A stretch of DNA of 64,000 bases from an uncultured Ignavibacteria bacterium (lineage in GTDB: Bacteria > Bacteroidota > Ignavibacteria > SZUA-365), in contig CAJXVM010000004.1 in assembly GCA_913061095.1 (NCBI GenBank), positions 127,556 through 191,555 on the forward strand, read 5' to 3'. The notes beneath the pieces are model-generated. The model was not told the origin of the DNA and searched no databases. It worked only from the letters and a program-made list of their open reading frames with translations. Shown in pieces: positions 1-10,500 of the stretch (position 1 is the stretch's first letter; each line of letters opens with the position of its first letter). The translations under genes and the position numbers were made by a program.

Positions 1-260
1 ATGCATCGCCGGCCATCGGGGTTGCGGGCGTACCTCGCAATATCTCTCCGTATTCTCCGGCATTCGATCAGCTGCGGGAGTCCGGGAAATTCATCGCGAT
101 ATCCGCTGATGCCTGGTCCAGGGTGCGCCCTTGACATTACGGCGAATTTTCTGCAAATAGTGCGCATACACTGACAACTGGAAGAGATAATGCTGCTATC
201 CCGCCGGAAAATCCGGGTACGGGAGAGTATATCTTGTCTTCTAAAAAGGAGGAAGCGACC

Positions 261-776
261 ATGATCCTCAGAATTGGAAACCTGATTCCGGTGCTGTTCA
301 TCGTTGCCGTGCTGCTGAGTGGATGTGCGGAGGATCCGGCGGTACGGTACGAACCGCTGATGGACAAGCATCTATCCTACTGGAATACCGGAGCGTTTGA
401 GGGGATTGAGGACGTGCTTCACGAGGATTACGCCCTGCGAATGGTACCGCGTTACGAAGCGGAGAATGGCATCGATGCGTTCAAAGCGGAAGTGACACGG
501 TGGCGCGAAGCCTACCCCGATCTCAACGTGGTGGTTGACGAAGTGGTGTATGCCGACCAGGCTGCGACTCTGCGATGGACCATTACCGCAACCCACACCG
601 GCGAGGGCATGGGTACACCGAATGGAGAGAGTGTCGAAGTGCCCGGGATGAGTCTCATCCATTTTAAGGACGGGAAGATTTTCGACGAGTGGATAGCCGG
701 AAATGCCAGATACTGGATGGAACAGCTGGGATACCGGATGATGATGCCGGAAGCGGCAACGCCAACGGAGGAATAA
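261..776 (+). CDS. SnoaL-like/NTF2-fold (predicted ester cyclase family) lipoprotein
   Basis: ORF 234..776 is listed from a TTG. An internal ATG at 261 is preceded by AAAAGGAGGAAG. The N-terminus MILRIGNLIPVLFIVAVLLSGC is a lipoprotein signal. The remainder resembles SnoaL-like ester cyclases. The terminator hairpin at 803-834 follows. Confidence 0.6.
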   Translation: MILRIGNLIPVLFIVAVLLSGCAEDPAVRYEPLMDKHLSYWNTGAFEGIEDVLHEDYALRMVPRYEAENGIDAFKAEVTRWREAYPDLNVVVDEVVYADQAATLRWTITATHTGEGMGTPNGESVEVPGMSLIHFKDGKIFDEWIAGNARYWMEQLGYRMMMPEAATPTEE

Positions 777-802
777 TTTCGTTCAGCTGGAAAGAAAGGA
801 TG

Positions 803-834
803 GAAACACCCCGTCCGCTGGATGGGGTGTTTTA
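803..834. terminator. Bidirectional intrinsic terminator between convergent genes
   Basis: AAACACCCC-gtccgctggat-GGGGTGTTTT: perfect 9-bp stem flanked by an A-run and a T-run. Confidence 0.6.
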
Positions 835-869
835 TCTCGTATACGCAGGGGGAGGCTGTTCGGCCCGTT

Positions 870-2843
870 TCACCGAACGATCGTTACCTTCTTTGTCTGT
901 CTCCACAGCCCGGTGGAGAGGGTCACGAAGTAGGTCCCGGGTGCCAGTCTGGCTGTCGGTACCATCAGCGCGTGTGATCCACCCGCGAAAACCGCTGATT
1001 CACAGACGCTCAGAACCATGCGTCCAGCCATGTTGCAGAAGCGGATTGTCAGAGGACGCTCATGCGTCAGGGTGAATGGGATGAAGACGTACGCTGTACC
1101 GGGATTGGGGTACGGATCGAGCAGTATCGTTGCCTGCGTTCTCCCGACCGCTTCCACGCGCACGACGGGAGAGTACGTGAATGAGCCATCGAAGTCGATC
1201 TGCCGGAGGCGATAGAACAGGAGAGGGTGAGGCTTCACTTCTCCACTCTGCCTGTCCGTGAACGCATATGTCCCGCCTGTATTTCCATTGCCCCGCCCGT
1301 CGACGAATCCGATCTTTTGCCATACGCCATCCGTTTCGCTTCGACGCTGAATTTCAAATCCACGATTGTTGAGTTCGGCGACGGTTTCCCACCGGAGAAC
1401 GACATTTCCAGCGGCGGCAGTCGCGGAGAAAGCCGACAGCTCGACCGGTACGAGGGAACCCGAAGAACGGATCGCGGACGCGTAAATGTCGATCGTACTC
1501 CCGCGATCATCCCACCATGCGATGATGGCGCCCCCGCTGCCGTCCGCACAGATGGAAGGATTGTCCTGGAACCCTGTCGCCGTGCAGACAGGTGTGCCGG
1601 TGGCCGCCCACTGAATCGATCCGTTTCCGCTTATTCGCTGTGCGTATATATCCCAGTCCCCTCGGCCATCCTGCCAGGTGATGATGATGCCGCCGCTGCC
1701 GTCGTTACAGAAGCGGTGATCGGCCTGCCCTCCTGATGCGGTGCACACCCGTACCCCGTTGGTTGACCATAACAGTGTTCCTGAAGGATTCACTCGTTGC
1801 GCGATAAGACCGGTGCCATTCTCATGAAAGATGATGAACATTCCGCCAATTCCGTCACCGTGAACTCTCGCACCCGCCTGGTCCCCGGATGCGGCGCAGA
1901 TCGGGATTCCGCTTGCTGCCCAGAGGGATGATCCTGATCCATCGATTCGCTGCGCATAGATATCGGTACCGTTTGTGCTGATGTACCGCCGGTCCGTCCA
2001 CACGATCAACGCACCGCCACTTCCGTCATCACAGATCTCTGCGATCCATTGATGCTCGGGAGCGGTGCTGACGGGTATCCCATTTGCTGTCCATTGGACT
2101 GTCCCGCTTCCGGATATTCGCTGGGCATATATGTCGCTTTCTACCCCGCGTTCATCACTCCATGCGATGATGATTCCTCCACTCCCATCCGGACAGAGCT
2201 TCGGGTACTTTTGCACATCTGTTGCAGTGCAGACAGGGATGCCGTCTGCTGTCCACAGCGCTGCACCGCTTCCATTGATGCGTTGCGCGTATATGTCGAA
2301 ATCATTTCCGCGCTCATCCTGCCAGGCGATGAAAATGCCGCCGGTGCCGTCAGGATGCGCCGAGATCCATCGCTGTCTCCATCGAGCAGTGCACACGGGG
2401 ACGCCGTTCGCTGTCCAGAGAGATGTGCCAGAAGAGTTTATCCGCTGCGCATAGATATCATGTTCACCTGCACCTGCGCGGATGTCCGCCCAGATGAGAA
2501 ATGCTCCCCCGCTCCCGTCGCTAAAAATGACGAGATTCTGCACATCCCCGGGAGCGCCACATATCAGGACGCCATTTTGTGTCCACTGCGGTGCGCCGTA
2601 GGAATTGAAGTGCTGCGCGTAAATGTCCTTGCTTGTCCCCCGGGTATCCTCCCAGGCAATGATCGCGCCGCCGCTTCCATCGGTGCAGACAACCGGTGCG
2701 GACTGCATCTTCGGCGCGATACAGACGGCATTGTTGATAGTTGGATCACCGTACCATTGGGCCCGGGTTTCCGGGGACAGTATCATGACGAAGAAAGTAC
2801 TCAGTATCAGTAGACGATGACGGCAGTGATTGTTGCGGGACAT
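870..2843 (-). CDS. T9SS-secreted beta-propeller-like repeat protein (~11 repeats with DIYAQRI motif) with Por C-terminal sorting domain
   Basis: Signal peptide MSRNNHCRHRLLILSTFFVMILSPETRAQ. GGAGG lies 6 nt upstream of ATG 2843. ~50-aa repeats of G(G/A)xIIAWxDxRGxxxDIYAQRIxxSGxxxWTxNGVPV. The C-terminus LLDPYPNPGT...TYFVTLSTGLWRQTKKVTIVR matches the T9SS CTD. Confidence 0.7.
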   Translation of the reverse strand: MSRNNHCRHRLLILSTFFVMILSPETRAQWYGDPTINNAVCIAPKMQSAPVVCTDGSGGAIIAWEDTRGTSKDIYAQHFNSYGAPQWTQNGVLICGAPGDVQNLVIFSDGSGGAFLIWADIRAGAGEHDIYAQRINSSGTSLWTANGVPVCTARWRQRWISAHPDGTGGIFIAWQDERGNDFDIYAQRINGSGAALWTADGIPVCTATDVQKYPKLCPDGSGGIIIAWSDERGVESDIYAQRISGSGTVQWTANGIPVSTAPEHQWIAEICDDGSGGALIVWTDRRYISTNGTDIYAQRIDGSGSSLWAASGIPICAASGDQAGARVHGDGIGGMFIIFHENGTGLIAQRVNPSGTLLWSTNGVRVCTASGGQADHRFCNDGSGGIIITWQDGRGDWDIYAQRISGNGSIQWAATGTPVCTATGFQDNPSICADGSGGAIIAWWDDRGSTIDIYASAIRSSGSLVPVELSAFSATAAAGNVVLRWETVAELNNRGFEIQRRSETDGVWQKIGFVDGRGNGNTGGTYAFTDRQSGEVKPHPLLFYRLRQIDFDGSFTYSPVVRVEAVGRTQATILLDPYPNPGTAYVFIPFTLTHERPLTIRFCNMAGRMVLSVCESAVFAGGSHALMVPTARLAPGTYFVTLSTGLWRQTKKVTIVR

Positions 2844-3035
2844 AACGGCCTCCATGAGTGCAGGTGCGATGAACACGTACGACCGCACATCCCGGATGCG
2901 GGGAGCCGGTTGTGCGTTATAACGAGACATTGTTGTCTGAATAAATGAAATGTAGGGCCCCTCATCGGGAATGTCAAATTCCAACGAAAGAAAACGTGGA
3001 AAATGGAACGACAGGCCTGAAACGGCAGACCGGAA

Positions 3036-3064
3036 AAGAAAAACCGCCCGCGGTTGCGGACGGT
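3036..3064 (-). terminator. Putative intrinsic terminator downstream of tRNA-Glu
   Basis: On the minus strand CCGTCCGC-aac-CGCGGGCGG is followed by TTTTTCTTTTCC. Confidence 0.4.
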
Positions 3065-3075
3065 TTCAGGGGGTG

Positions 3076-3148
3076 TGCACCCAACGGGATTCGAACCCGT
3101 GTTTTCAGCGTGAAAGGCTGACGACCTAGGCCTCTAGTCGATGGGTGC
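3076..3148 (-). tRNA. tRNA-Glu (anticodon UUC)
   Basis: The minus-strand sequence GCACCCATCGACTAGAGGCCTAGGTCGTCAGCCTTTCACGCTGAAAACACGGGTTCGAATCCCGTTGGGTGCA has a 7-bp acceptor stem and an anticodon loop CTTTCAC (UUC). It is near-identical in D- and T-arms to E. coli tRNA-Glu. CCA is not encoded. Confidence 0.9.
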
Positions 3149-3158
3149 CAAGTCTTTT

Positions 3159-3189
3159 AATATACCAATATCAGTGCTTCCAAGTCAAG
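3159..3189 (-). promoter_or_regulatory. Sigma70-like promoter for tRNA-Glu (TTGACT-19nt-TATATT)
   Basis: Reverse complement of 3149-3189 reads TTGACTtggaagcactgatattggTATATTaaaagacttg. The -10 box is ~10 nt upstream of the tRNA 5' end. Confidence 0.4.
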
Positions 3190-3202
3190 AGCGCGGACCG
3201 TT

Positions 3203-3922
3203 CTAGGAAATCTTTCCGAGAATGCTCTGGAAACGCAGCCGCCAGACCATGGTGACGGCTTCGCGGACGATTTTCTTGGACATTTTCGAAATGCCGACCC
3301 GCCGGTCCATGAACACGATGGGGATTTCGTGAATGCGGAAGCCTTTCTTCCAAGCTTTGAAGCTCATTTCGATCTGGAAGGAATAGCCGTTGCTGTGTAC
3401 GCGGTCGAGATCGATGGCCTTGAGCACCTCGATGCGGAAACACTTGAAGCCGCCCGTGGCGTCCCGCACGGGCAGCCCGGTGACAATGCGCGTGTACTGG
3501 TTCGCGAAGTAGCTGAGCAGCAGCCGCTTCATCGGCCAGTTCACGACGTTGACGCCCTGGATGTATCGCGAGCCGAGGACGAGGTCGTATTCCTCGATGG
3601 ACTCCAGGAAGCGCGGAAGCGTACCGGGATCATGCGAGAAGTCGGCATCCATTTCGAAAACACAGTCATAACCCTTCGCGATGGCGTATTTGAATCCGGC
3701 CACATACGCTGTACCCAGCCCCATTTTCTTCTCGCGCTCGAGCAAATGTATGCGCTGATTCTGCTCCATCATCTCCTTGACCGCATCCGCGGTGCCGTCA
3801 GGAGAATTGTCGTCGACGACAAGCACTTCAAGACGATCGTCCTGCCCCAGAATCTCAGGAATGATATTCCGGATATTCTCCAGCTCGTTGTACGTCGGTA
3901 TGATGACCAGTGCGCGATTCAT
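3203..3922 (-). CDS. GT2 polyprenol-phosphate (dolichol-phosphate-like) mannosyltransferase family glycosyltransferase
   Basis: VIIPTYNE...VVDDNSPDGT...EMDADFSHDP motifs are typical of Dpm1/ArnC-like GT2 enzymes. Confidence 0.85.
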   Translation of the reverse strand: MNRALVIIPTYNELENIRNIIPEILGQDDRLEVLVVDDNSPDGTADAVKEMMEQNQRIHLLEREKKMGLGTAYVAGFKYAIAKGYDCVFEMDADFSHDPGTLPRFLESIEEYDLVLGSRYIQGVNVVNWPMKRLLLSYFANQYTRIVTGLPVRDATGGFKCFRIEVLKAIDLDRVHSNGYSFQIEMSFKAWKKGFRIHEIPIVFMDRRVGISKMSKKIVREAVTMVWRLRFQSILGKIS

Positions 3923-4114
3923 TTCTGCGGATTGCTTCCCGTCTGCGGTGCGTTCAAGATAGATTTCAAAATATCCGAAGAATTTGCGTCAACTCAAAGT
4001 AGGAGCAGGAGCACGTAAAGACTGAGGGTGAAGAAGGCGTGGAGCAGAGGGTTCGACCGTGCGGAGGCATTTTTCGTATATTGCCGGATACGTGTTACCT
4101 GAAAGGCAGAGACA

Positions 4115-7100
4115 ATGAGAATCACTCCATCCCTTCTTTATATCATTACGCTGTTTCTTCTCATCATGGATGCACAGGCGCAGGTCGCGGATCATGTCGT
4201 GATCAGCGAGTTCGCCACGCGCGGTGCCTCCGGCAACCAGGCTGGGGAGTTCGTGGAGATCTATAATCCCACCGGCGAAACCGTCGACATCTCCGGCTGG
4301 GAACTGCAGTATCAGTCCGCCAGCGGCTCGGCATATTCACGGCTCGCACGCATCCCCGACGGGACTGAGATGCGCCCGAAATCCTTCTACCTGATCACGG
4401 GTTCCTCGTGGAACGGAACCCCGGAAGCGGATGTCACCTGGCCCTCATCCGGGATGGCCGACAACGGCAACATCCGCATTACCGACGACAGCGGACGCCC
4501 CATCGACCGCGTCGGATACGGCTCGGGCAACAATCCCGAAGGATCCGCTGCGCCGAATCACGGGACGTCCGCCAACGATAACAGCGTCGAACGCAAGGCT
4601 TCCGCGACATCGACCGCGGCAACCCTCAGTACGGGCGGCACAGAGGAATTCGCCGGCAATGGGTGGGACGGCAATGACAACGGCGCGGATTTCATCGAGC
4701 AGACCAATGGCCGGAATCCCCAGAATTCCGCAAGCGCCGCGGAGCCCCCGTCGGCGGACGGCTCCGGCACGGCCACGACTTCCGTCCAGCAAGCCGGCGC
4801 CGGCGACACGCTCGACCTTCCCATCGAGTTTACTCCCTCCGCGCAGTTCACCATCTCCGCGATGAAAGTCGTGATTCCGTCCGGCTTTCTCTGGTCAGGC
4901 AATGCCGCGGATGTCACGCTCGACTCTCGCATCCAGGCCGAGGTCTCCGTCGATGCCGACACCGTGCATCTCGACCGACTGACATTCTCCGATGTATCTG
5001 CGACCATCACGGTGGAAAATCTGGTCGCGGCGTCCAGCACGGGCAGTTATCCGTTTGTCATTCTTACCTCCGGCGGCGAGAGTTTCCTGCCCATTCAGAA
5101 TCCCCCCGCCGTCTTCGTGCGCGGCGGACCCATCCCCATCGCCGAAGCGCGTGAAAACGACGCCAACGGTGTGCCGGTGCATCTCGGCGAAATCGTGACC
5201 GTCAATGGCATCGTGACCGTGGCGGATCAGTTCGGCGCGCCGGGCTATATCCAGGATCACACCGGCGGCATCGCGATCTACGACTTCGACTTCACCGAGT
5301 CCGTCAGCATCGGCGACGAGGTGACGCTGACCGGGGAGATCACGCATTTCAACGGACTCACTGAACTCGAAAGCGTGACCATCGAGTCCATACCCTCCAC
5401 GGGCAACACCGTGACGCCCGAGGTGGTGAGTATCGAGGCACTGCTCAATGACGGGCAGGGTGGCGACGAGCGCTATGAAAGTGAGCTGGTGCGCCTCAAC
5501 AACGTGACCGTGAATACGTCGGCCTGGACGGTCAGCGGTTCCGGCACGAATTACAAACTGTCGGACGGCACCTTCGCAATCGACGTGCGCATCGATAACG
5601 ATGTGCCCTTTGCGGGAGATCCGGCTCCCGGCGGATCCTTCGACATCGTGGGCGTGCTCAGCCAGTACAAGCGCGATGCGCCGTTCGCGGGGGGATATCA
5701 GCTCATGCCGCGCCTCGGCAGCGACGTGATCGCCACAGGACCGAGGATCATCGATGGTCCGAACGTGACGGATATTCAGTCCGACGCGGTCACGCTTTCC
5801 TGGAGCACCGGCGAGGAGGCCGAGGGATTCGTGCGTTACGGGGAAACCGCCGCGTTCGAACTCGGTGTGGCCGAGAGTGACGAAACCGCCGGCGGCAGGG
5901 AGAACAGCGCGCTGATCAGCGGACTCGACCCGGCGACGATTTACCGTGTACAGGCGTATTCCGTTGCGAATGCGGATACGAGCTTTTCCCAGCCCATGTA
6001 CGTGAGCACGTCGTCACTGAATTCCACCGGGGACATCAACGTGTACTTCAACCAGGAGGTCGACAACAGTATCGCCGGCGGTGTGGAAGCGCAGGGTGAC
6101 GTGCTGATCGCGAACAGGCTTATGGACCGTATCGATGCGGCGCAATACAGCATCGACCTCTGCTTTTACAGCCTCAGCGGCCGGCCGGGCGACGATATCG
6201 CAGAACGGCTGCTCGCTGCGCGGGATCGCGGCGTACGCATCCGCGCGATTTTCGAAACGGACAACGCAAATACCAATGCCATGCGCACGCTGCGCAACAA
6301 CGTGCCTGCCATCGTCGATAACTTCGACCGCACCAATGCCGGTGCCGGACTCATGCACAACAAGTTCGTGATCATCGACGCGCGTGACCGCAGCAGCGAC
6401 CGTGACGACTGGGTCATCATGGGCTCGTGGAATCCCACCGAGCCGGGTACCTTCGACGACGCGCAGAATGTCGTGGAAATCCAGGACCAGGCGCTGGCGA
6501 ATGCTTACACGTGGGAGTTTGAGGAGATGTGGGGCTCCGGCACCGACACGCCGAACAGCGCGGCGTCGCGTTTCGGCGCGCGCAAGCTCGACAACACGCC
6601 GCATCTGTTTTTCATCGGACAGGATGAGCCGAGAATCCCCATGGAGCTGTACTTCAGTCCCAGCGACCAGGTCTCCGCCCGTCTCGTCAATGCGGTGAAC
6701 GACGCCGGCACGTCGCTGTATTTCGCCACGCTGACCTTCACCCGCGACGACATCGCGCGCGCGCTGGTCGACCGGCACGACGAAGGAATCCCCGTGCGGG
6801 GTATCATGGATAATCGCACCGACCAGGGCAGTGAGTTCGATTACCTGCAGTCCAGCGGCGTGGATGTCTTTCTCAAGAAAGGCCTGAGCGGTTTCCTCCA
6901 TCACAAGTATCTCATCGTGGATGCGGAATCCCCGGTCGCGGATGCGCCGCATGTGATTACCGGCTCGCACAACTGGTCCAACGCCGCCGAGTTTTCCAAC
7001 AACGAGAACACGCTCGTCATCCATGACCGGGCGATCGCGGAGCAGTACCTGCAGGAGTGGTATACACGCTATGTCGATGCCGGCGGCACGGGCGTGATCG

Positions 7101-7405
7101 TTCTGGATGTGGAGGATGTCACAACGGTTCCGGTGGGATTTGACGTGGCAGTGTATCCGAATCCCATGACGCGAGGCGGCACGGTTGCCGTCGAGATGGG
7201 TGAGGCCACGTCGCTGACGGAGATCCGCGTGCTCGATCTGCTCGGAAGGGTGCGGCTCTCGCGCTCGCTGAGTGACTCGTCCGCTCCGTCACAGACGCTG
7301 CGGCTCGAGGCATCGGCGCTGGAGCCGGGCACCTACGTCCTGCAGCTGCAGCGGCGTGGCGGCAGCGTGCAGTTCGCCCGCTTCGTCATCGTACCGGCAC
7401 ACTGA
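4115..7405 (+). CDS. T9SS-secreted extracellular nuclease-like protein: lamin-tail domain + OB-fold + FN3 + PLD-superfamily (2x HKD) + Por C-terminal domain
   Basis: Signal peptide MRITPSLLYIITLFLLIMDAQAQ. The LTD is VVISEF...EFVEIYNPTGETVDISGWELQY. The OB-fold-like region is GEIVTVNGIVTVADQFGAPGYIQDHTGGIAIYD. The FN3-like segment is PNVTDIQSDAVTLSWSTGEEAEGFVRYG. Two HKD motifs are present (HNKFVIID and HHKYLIVD). The CTD VAVYPNPMTRGG...VQFARFVIVPAH is T9SS-type. Confidence 0.75.
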   Translation: MRITPSLLYIITLFLLIMDAQAQVADHVVISEFATRGASGNQAGEFVEIYNPTGETVDISGWELQYQSASGSAYSRLARIPDGTEMRPKSFYLITGSSWNGTPEADVTWPSSGMADNGNIRITDDSGRPIDRVGYGSGNNPEGSAAPNHGTSANDNSVERKASATSTAATLSTGGTEEFAGNGWDGNDNGADFIEQTNGRNPQNSASAAEPPSADGSGTATTSVQQAGAGDTLDLPIEFTPSAQFTISAMKVVIPSGFLWSGNAADVTLDSRIQAEVSVDADTVHLDRLTFSDVSATITVENLVAASSTGSYPFVILTSGGESFLPIQNPPAVFVRGGPIPIAEARENDANGVPVHLGEIVTVNGIVTVADQFGAPGYIQDHTGGIAIYDFDFTESVSIGDEVTLTGEITHFNGLTELESVTIESIPSTGNTVTPEVVSIEALLNDGQGGDERYESELVRLNNVTVNTSAWTVSGSGTNYKLSDGTFAIDVRIDNDVPFAGDPAPGGSFDIVGVLSQYKRDAPFAGGYQLMPRLGSDVIATGPRIIDGPNVTDIQSDAVTLSWSTGEEAEGFVRYGETAAFELGVAESDETAGGRENSALISGLDPATIYRVQAYSVANADTSFSQPMYVSTSSLNSTGDINVYFNQEVDNSIAGGVEAQGDVLIANRLMDRIDAAQYSIDLCFYSLSGRPGDDIAERLLAARDRGVRIRAIFETDNANTNAMRTLRNNVPAIVDNFDRTNAGAGLMHNKFVIIDARDRSSDRDDWVIMGSWNPTEPGTFDDAQNVVEIQDQALANAYTWEFEEMWGSGTDTPNSAASRFGARKLDNTPHLFFIGQDEPRIPMELYFSPSDQVSARLVNAVNDAGTSLYFATLTFTRDDIARALVDRHDEGIPVRGIMDNRTDQGSEFDYLQSSGVDVFLKKGLSGFLHHKYLIVDAESPVADAPHVITGSHNWSNAAEFSNNENTLVIHDRAIAEQYLQEWYTRYVDAGGTGVIVLDVEDVTTVPVGFDVAVYPNPMTRGGTVAVEMGEATSLTEIRVLDLLGRVRLSRSLSDSSAPSQTLRLEASALEPGTYVLQLQRRGGSVQFARFVIVPAH

Positions 7406-7474
7406 CGCCACCGCCGAACCAACGGCTCGGCCAATTTCCGGATACACAAAATTCGTTCCCTGTCGCGGGGAACA

Positions 7475-7503
7475 TGCACACTGCTTCCATCGTACAGTGT
7501 GCA
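7475..7503 (+). other. Perfect 9-bp inverted repeat hairpin (TGCACACTG-11nt-CAGTGTGCA) between nuclease and A2M genes
   Basis: Read directly from the sequence. There is no T-run after it, so it is not a canonical terminator. Confidence 0.4.
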
Positions 7504-7545
7504 TAATCACGCCTGCCAGAATCGATCAATATCCGGAGACCCGTC

Positions 7546-10500
7546 ATGCTGCTCAGCATCCGCCTCGCATTTCTGCTTCTGATCACGGCACCCGTGATAT
7601 TCCTTTCGACGGAACTGCTCGAAGGACTTTCCTACACCACGAACTGGAGCGTGTTCATGAAAGGCGACTACGAGGAACAATGGAAGGAAGTCGACAGGGC
7701 GCTCGATGAGGGACTGCCGAAAACCGCGCTTGAACTCGTGGAAAAGATTTACGAGCGAGCGCAGCGCGAGGGCAACCGTCCCCAGATCGTGAAAGCCATC
7801 TCCTACCGGGTCGCCCTGCATTCGGTCACCAGTGAGGAAGACGAAACCGTCCTCATCGACGATCTCGAAACGGAAATCGATGCGGCGGAGCAGCCGGTGC
7901 GCGCGATTCTCACATCCATGCTCGCCGACCTCTACTGGAATTATTATCAGCAGAATCGCTGGCGCATCCATGAGCGCACGCAGGTGGAAGACGATCCTGC
8001 AGCAGACTTCCGCACCTGGGACGCATCCGTGTTTTTCGACACGACGGCCGCACTGTATCTGCAGGCGCTCGAGCCGGCAGATCTTCTGAAAGACACGCCC
8101 GTTGAAGCGTATCGGGACATTCTGCATGCGGGGAAGGACGGTGAGCAGTACCGGCCGACGATGTACGATGTACTGGCGCATCGCGCGCTCGATTTTTTTG
8201 AAAACGATGAGACCGACCTTCCATCCCCGCAGCAGGATTTCGAGGTCACCGGGCTGGAAGCCCTCGCGCCGCTTGATGCATTCATCGCGACGGAGTTCAC
8301 ATCCCCCAATCCCTCCAACACGAAATACAACGCCATACTCCTCTACCAGGATCTCCTGCGTTTTCACCGCGACGGCGGCAGGGAGGAGGCCGTCATCGAT
8401 CTCGATCTGCAGCGGCTGGAATTCAGCCGGCGGATCACCTGGCATGAGGACGCCGACACGACGTTCTTCCAGGCAGTGGAATCCATCTACGGGAAGTATT
8501 CCTCCTCGCCGATGTCGGCCCAGGCGGGCTATGTGCTGGCGGATTACCATTTCGACGCCGGAAACTACGTGGAGGCGCTGGCTTGCTGCAGGAAGGAAAT
8601 CGAGCGCTTCCCCGAATCGCGTGGTGCGGTGAACTGCCGCGCGCTGGAGTCGCGGATCCTGCAGAAGGAGCTGTCACTGACGGTGGAGGAAAGCATGCCG
8701 CCGGACGCGCCCTTCCTGATCAGCGCGGGCTTCAGGAATATTCGCGATGTTCATTTTCGCATTGTGCGCATGCCCTCCGACGCGCTGTTTTCCGATCGAC
8801 GGGGCTATCGCAGTGCGCGTGAACGCCTCGAAGATCTGCTTGACGGAAATGTGGTGAAAGAGTGGTCGCAGACATTGCCCGTTACCGACGATTATAAAAA
8901 GCATCTGGTGGATCTGCGCGGTCCCGCGCTGCCGCTGGGTACGTACATGCTGTTTATGAGCCACGGCGCGGATTTCTCCCTCGACGAAAACGCCATCGCC
9001 TATGCCTGGCTGCGCGTGACACGCCTCAGTCTGCAGAGTCTCAATGAACAGCGTGGAGGACCAAACCGCTTTTTTGTGCTTGATGCGGTCAATGGCTACC
9101 CGCTGGAGGACGTGAAGGTGGAGATGTTCACCCAGCGATGGGAGTCGGGCAGCTACCGCTACGAGCGTGTCCCCATGGGGGACAGGCGGACAGATGCAAA
9201 CGGGTCGTTCACGCTTGAACCCGGAAGGGATCGCCAGGGACGCTTTTTCCGCCTTTCACTCGGGAAGGACACGCTCGCGATCGGACAGTCTTTCTACGCC
9301 TGGCAGCGCGGGAGCGAACGGGCGCAGCGCCGCACCATGTTTTTCACCGACCGCGCGATCTATCGTCCCGGACAGACCGTGCACGTGAAGGGCATTGTGC
9401 TTGAAGGCAGTTCGGAAAGGGCGGATTACGCCGTGGTGAAGAATGTGCGCAGCACCGTTGTGTTTTACGATGCGAACCATCAGAAAATTCATGAGACGGA
9501 TGTTCGCACCAATGAATACGGCTCGTTCAACACGGTGTTCACCGTGCCGTCGGGCGTGCTGACGGGAATGATGTCCATCCGCAACGAATGGGGATCGACC
9601 CCTCTGCGCGTCGAGGAGTATAAACGGCCGAAATTCGAGGTGGAGTTTGAGCCGGTGAAAGGCACCTACCGTCTCAATGAAACGGTGAACGTCACGGGAG
9701 TGGCAAAAGCCTATGCCGGCGCGAACATCGACGGTGCCGAGGTGAGCTGGCGCGTGGTCCGGCGTACACGCTACCCGTACTGGTTCTGGTGGTGGCGTCC
9801 CATCCCGCGCGGCGAGGAACGCGAGATCGCGCATGGCACGACCCGTACCGACGCCGACGGGCGCTATGAGATTTCGTTCGAGGCTTTGCCGGACAAATCG
9901 GTGGACAAATCGACGCAGCCGGTGTTTACCTATGAGATCTCGGCGGATGTGACGGACATCAACGGCGAAACGCACAGCGCCACAGCGAGTGTGAGCGCGG
10001 GATACACGTCCATCGAGCTCGGACTCCGCACGGCGGAAACCGTTGATGTGCACGAGGAAGCGAAGATCGTCATCACCGCGCGCAATCTGGGCGGCGAGCC
10101 GGTTGCGACGGATGGCACCATCGTCGTCGAACGCCTCGATGCGCCGGACCGGATTCTGCGTGATCGGGTCCTGCCGAAACCGGATACCTGGCTGCTCAGC
10201 GAAGCGGAATTCGTACGTGATTTCCCCCATGACGTGTACAGGGATGAGAATATTCCCGACACCTGGCCGGTCGCAGAGCGGGTCGTTGAGCGCCGCTTCC
10301 GCTGCGGTGAGGAGGGAGAGGATTCCCTGCGCCTCGCGGATCTCGAACCCGGCCGCTACCGCATCACAATCACGGCGAAAGATCCCTCGGGCGAGGATCT
10401 CGAGCTGAAGAAATTCATCACGGCCTACCGCGCGGAGGCGCCCGTGCCGTATGCCGCGCCGGAACTGTACGTCGAGAATTCGACGCACGTGGAGCCCGGC

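Noticed and set aside
6014-7024. 336-aa minus-strand ORF inside the LTD/PLD nuclease gene
   Set aside because: Antisense shadow ORF of a high-GC coding region. The protein is low-complexity (R/A/V/G-rich) and the sense strand has clear domains.
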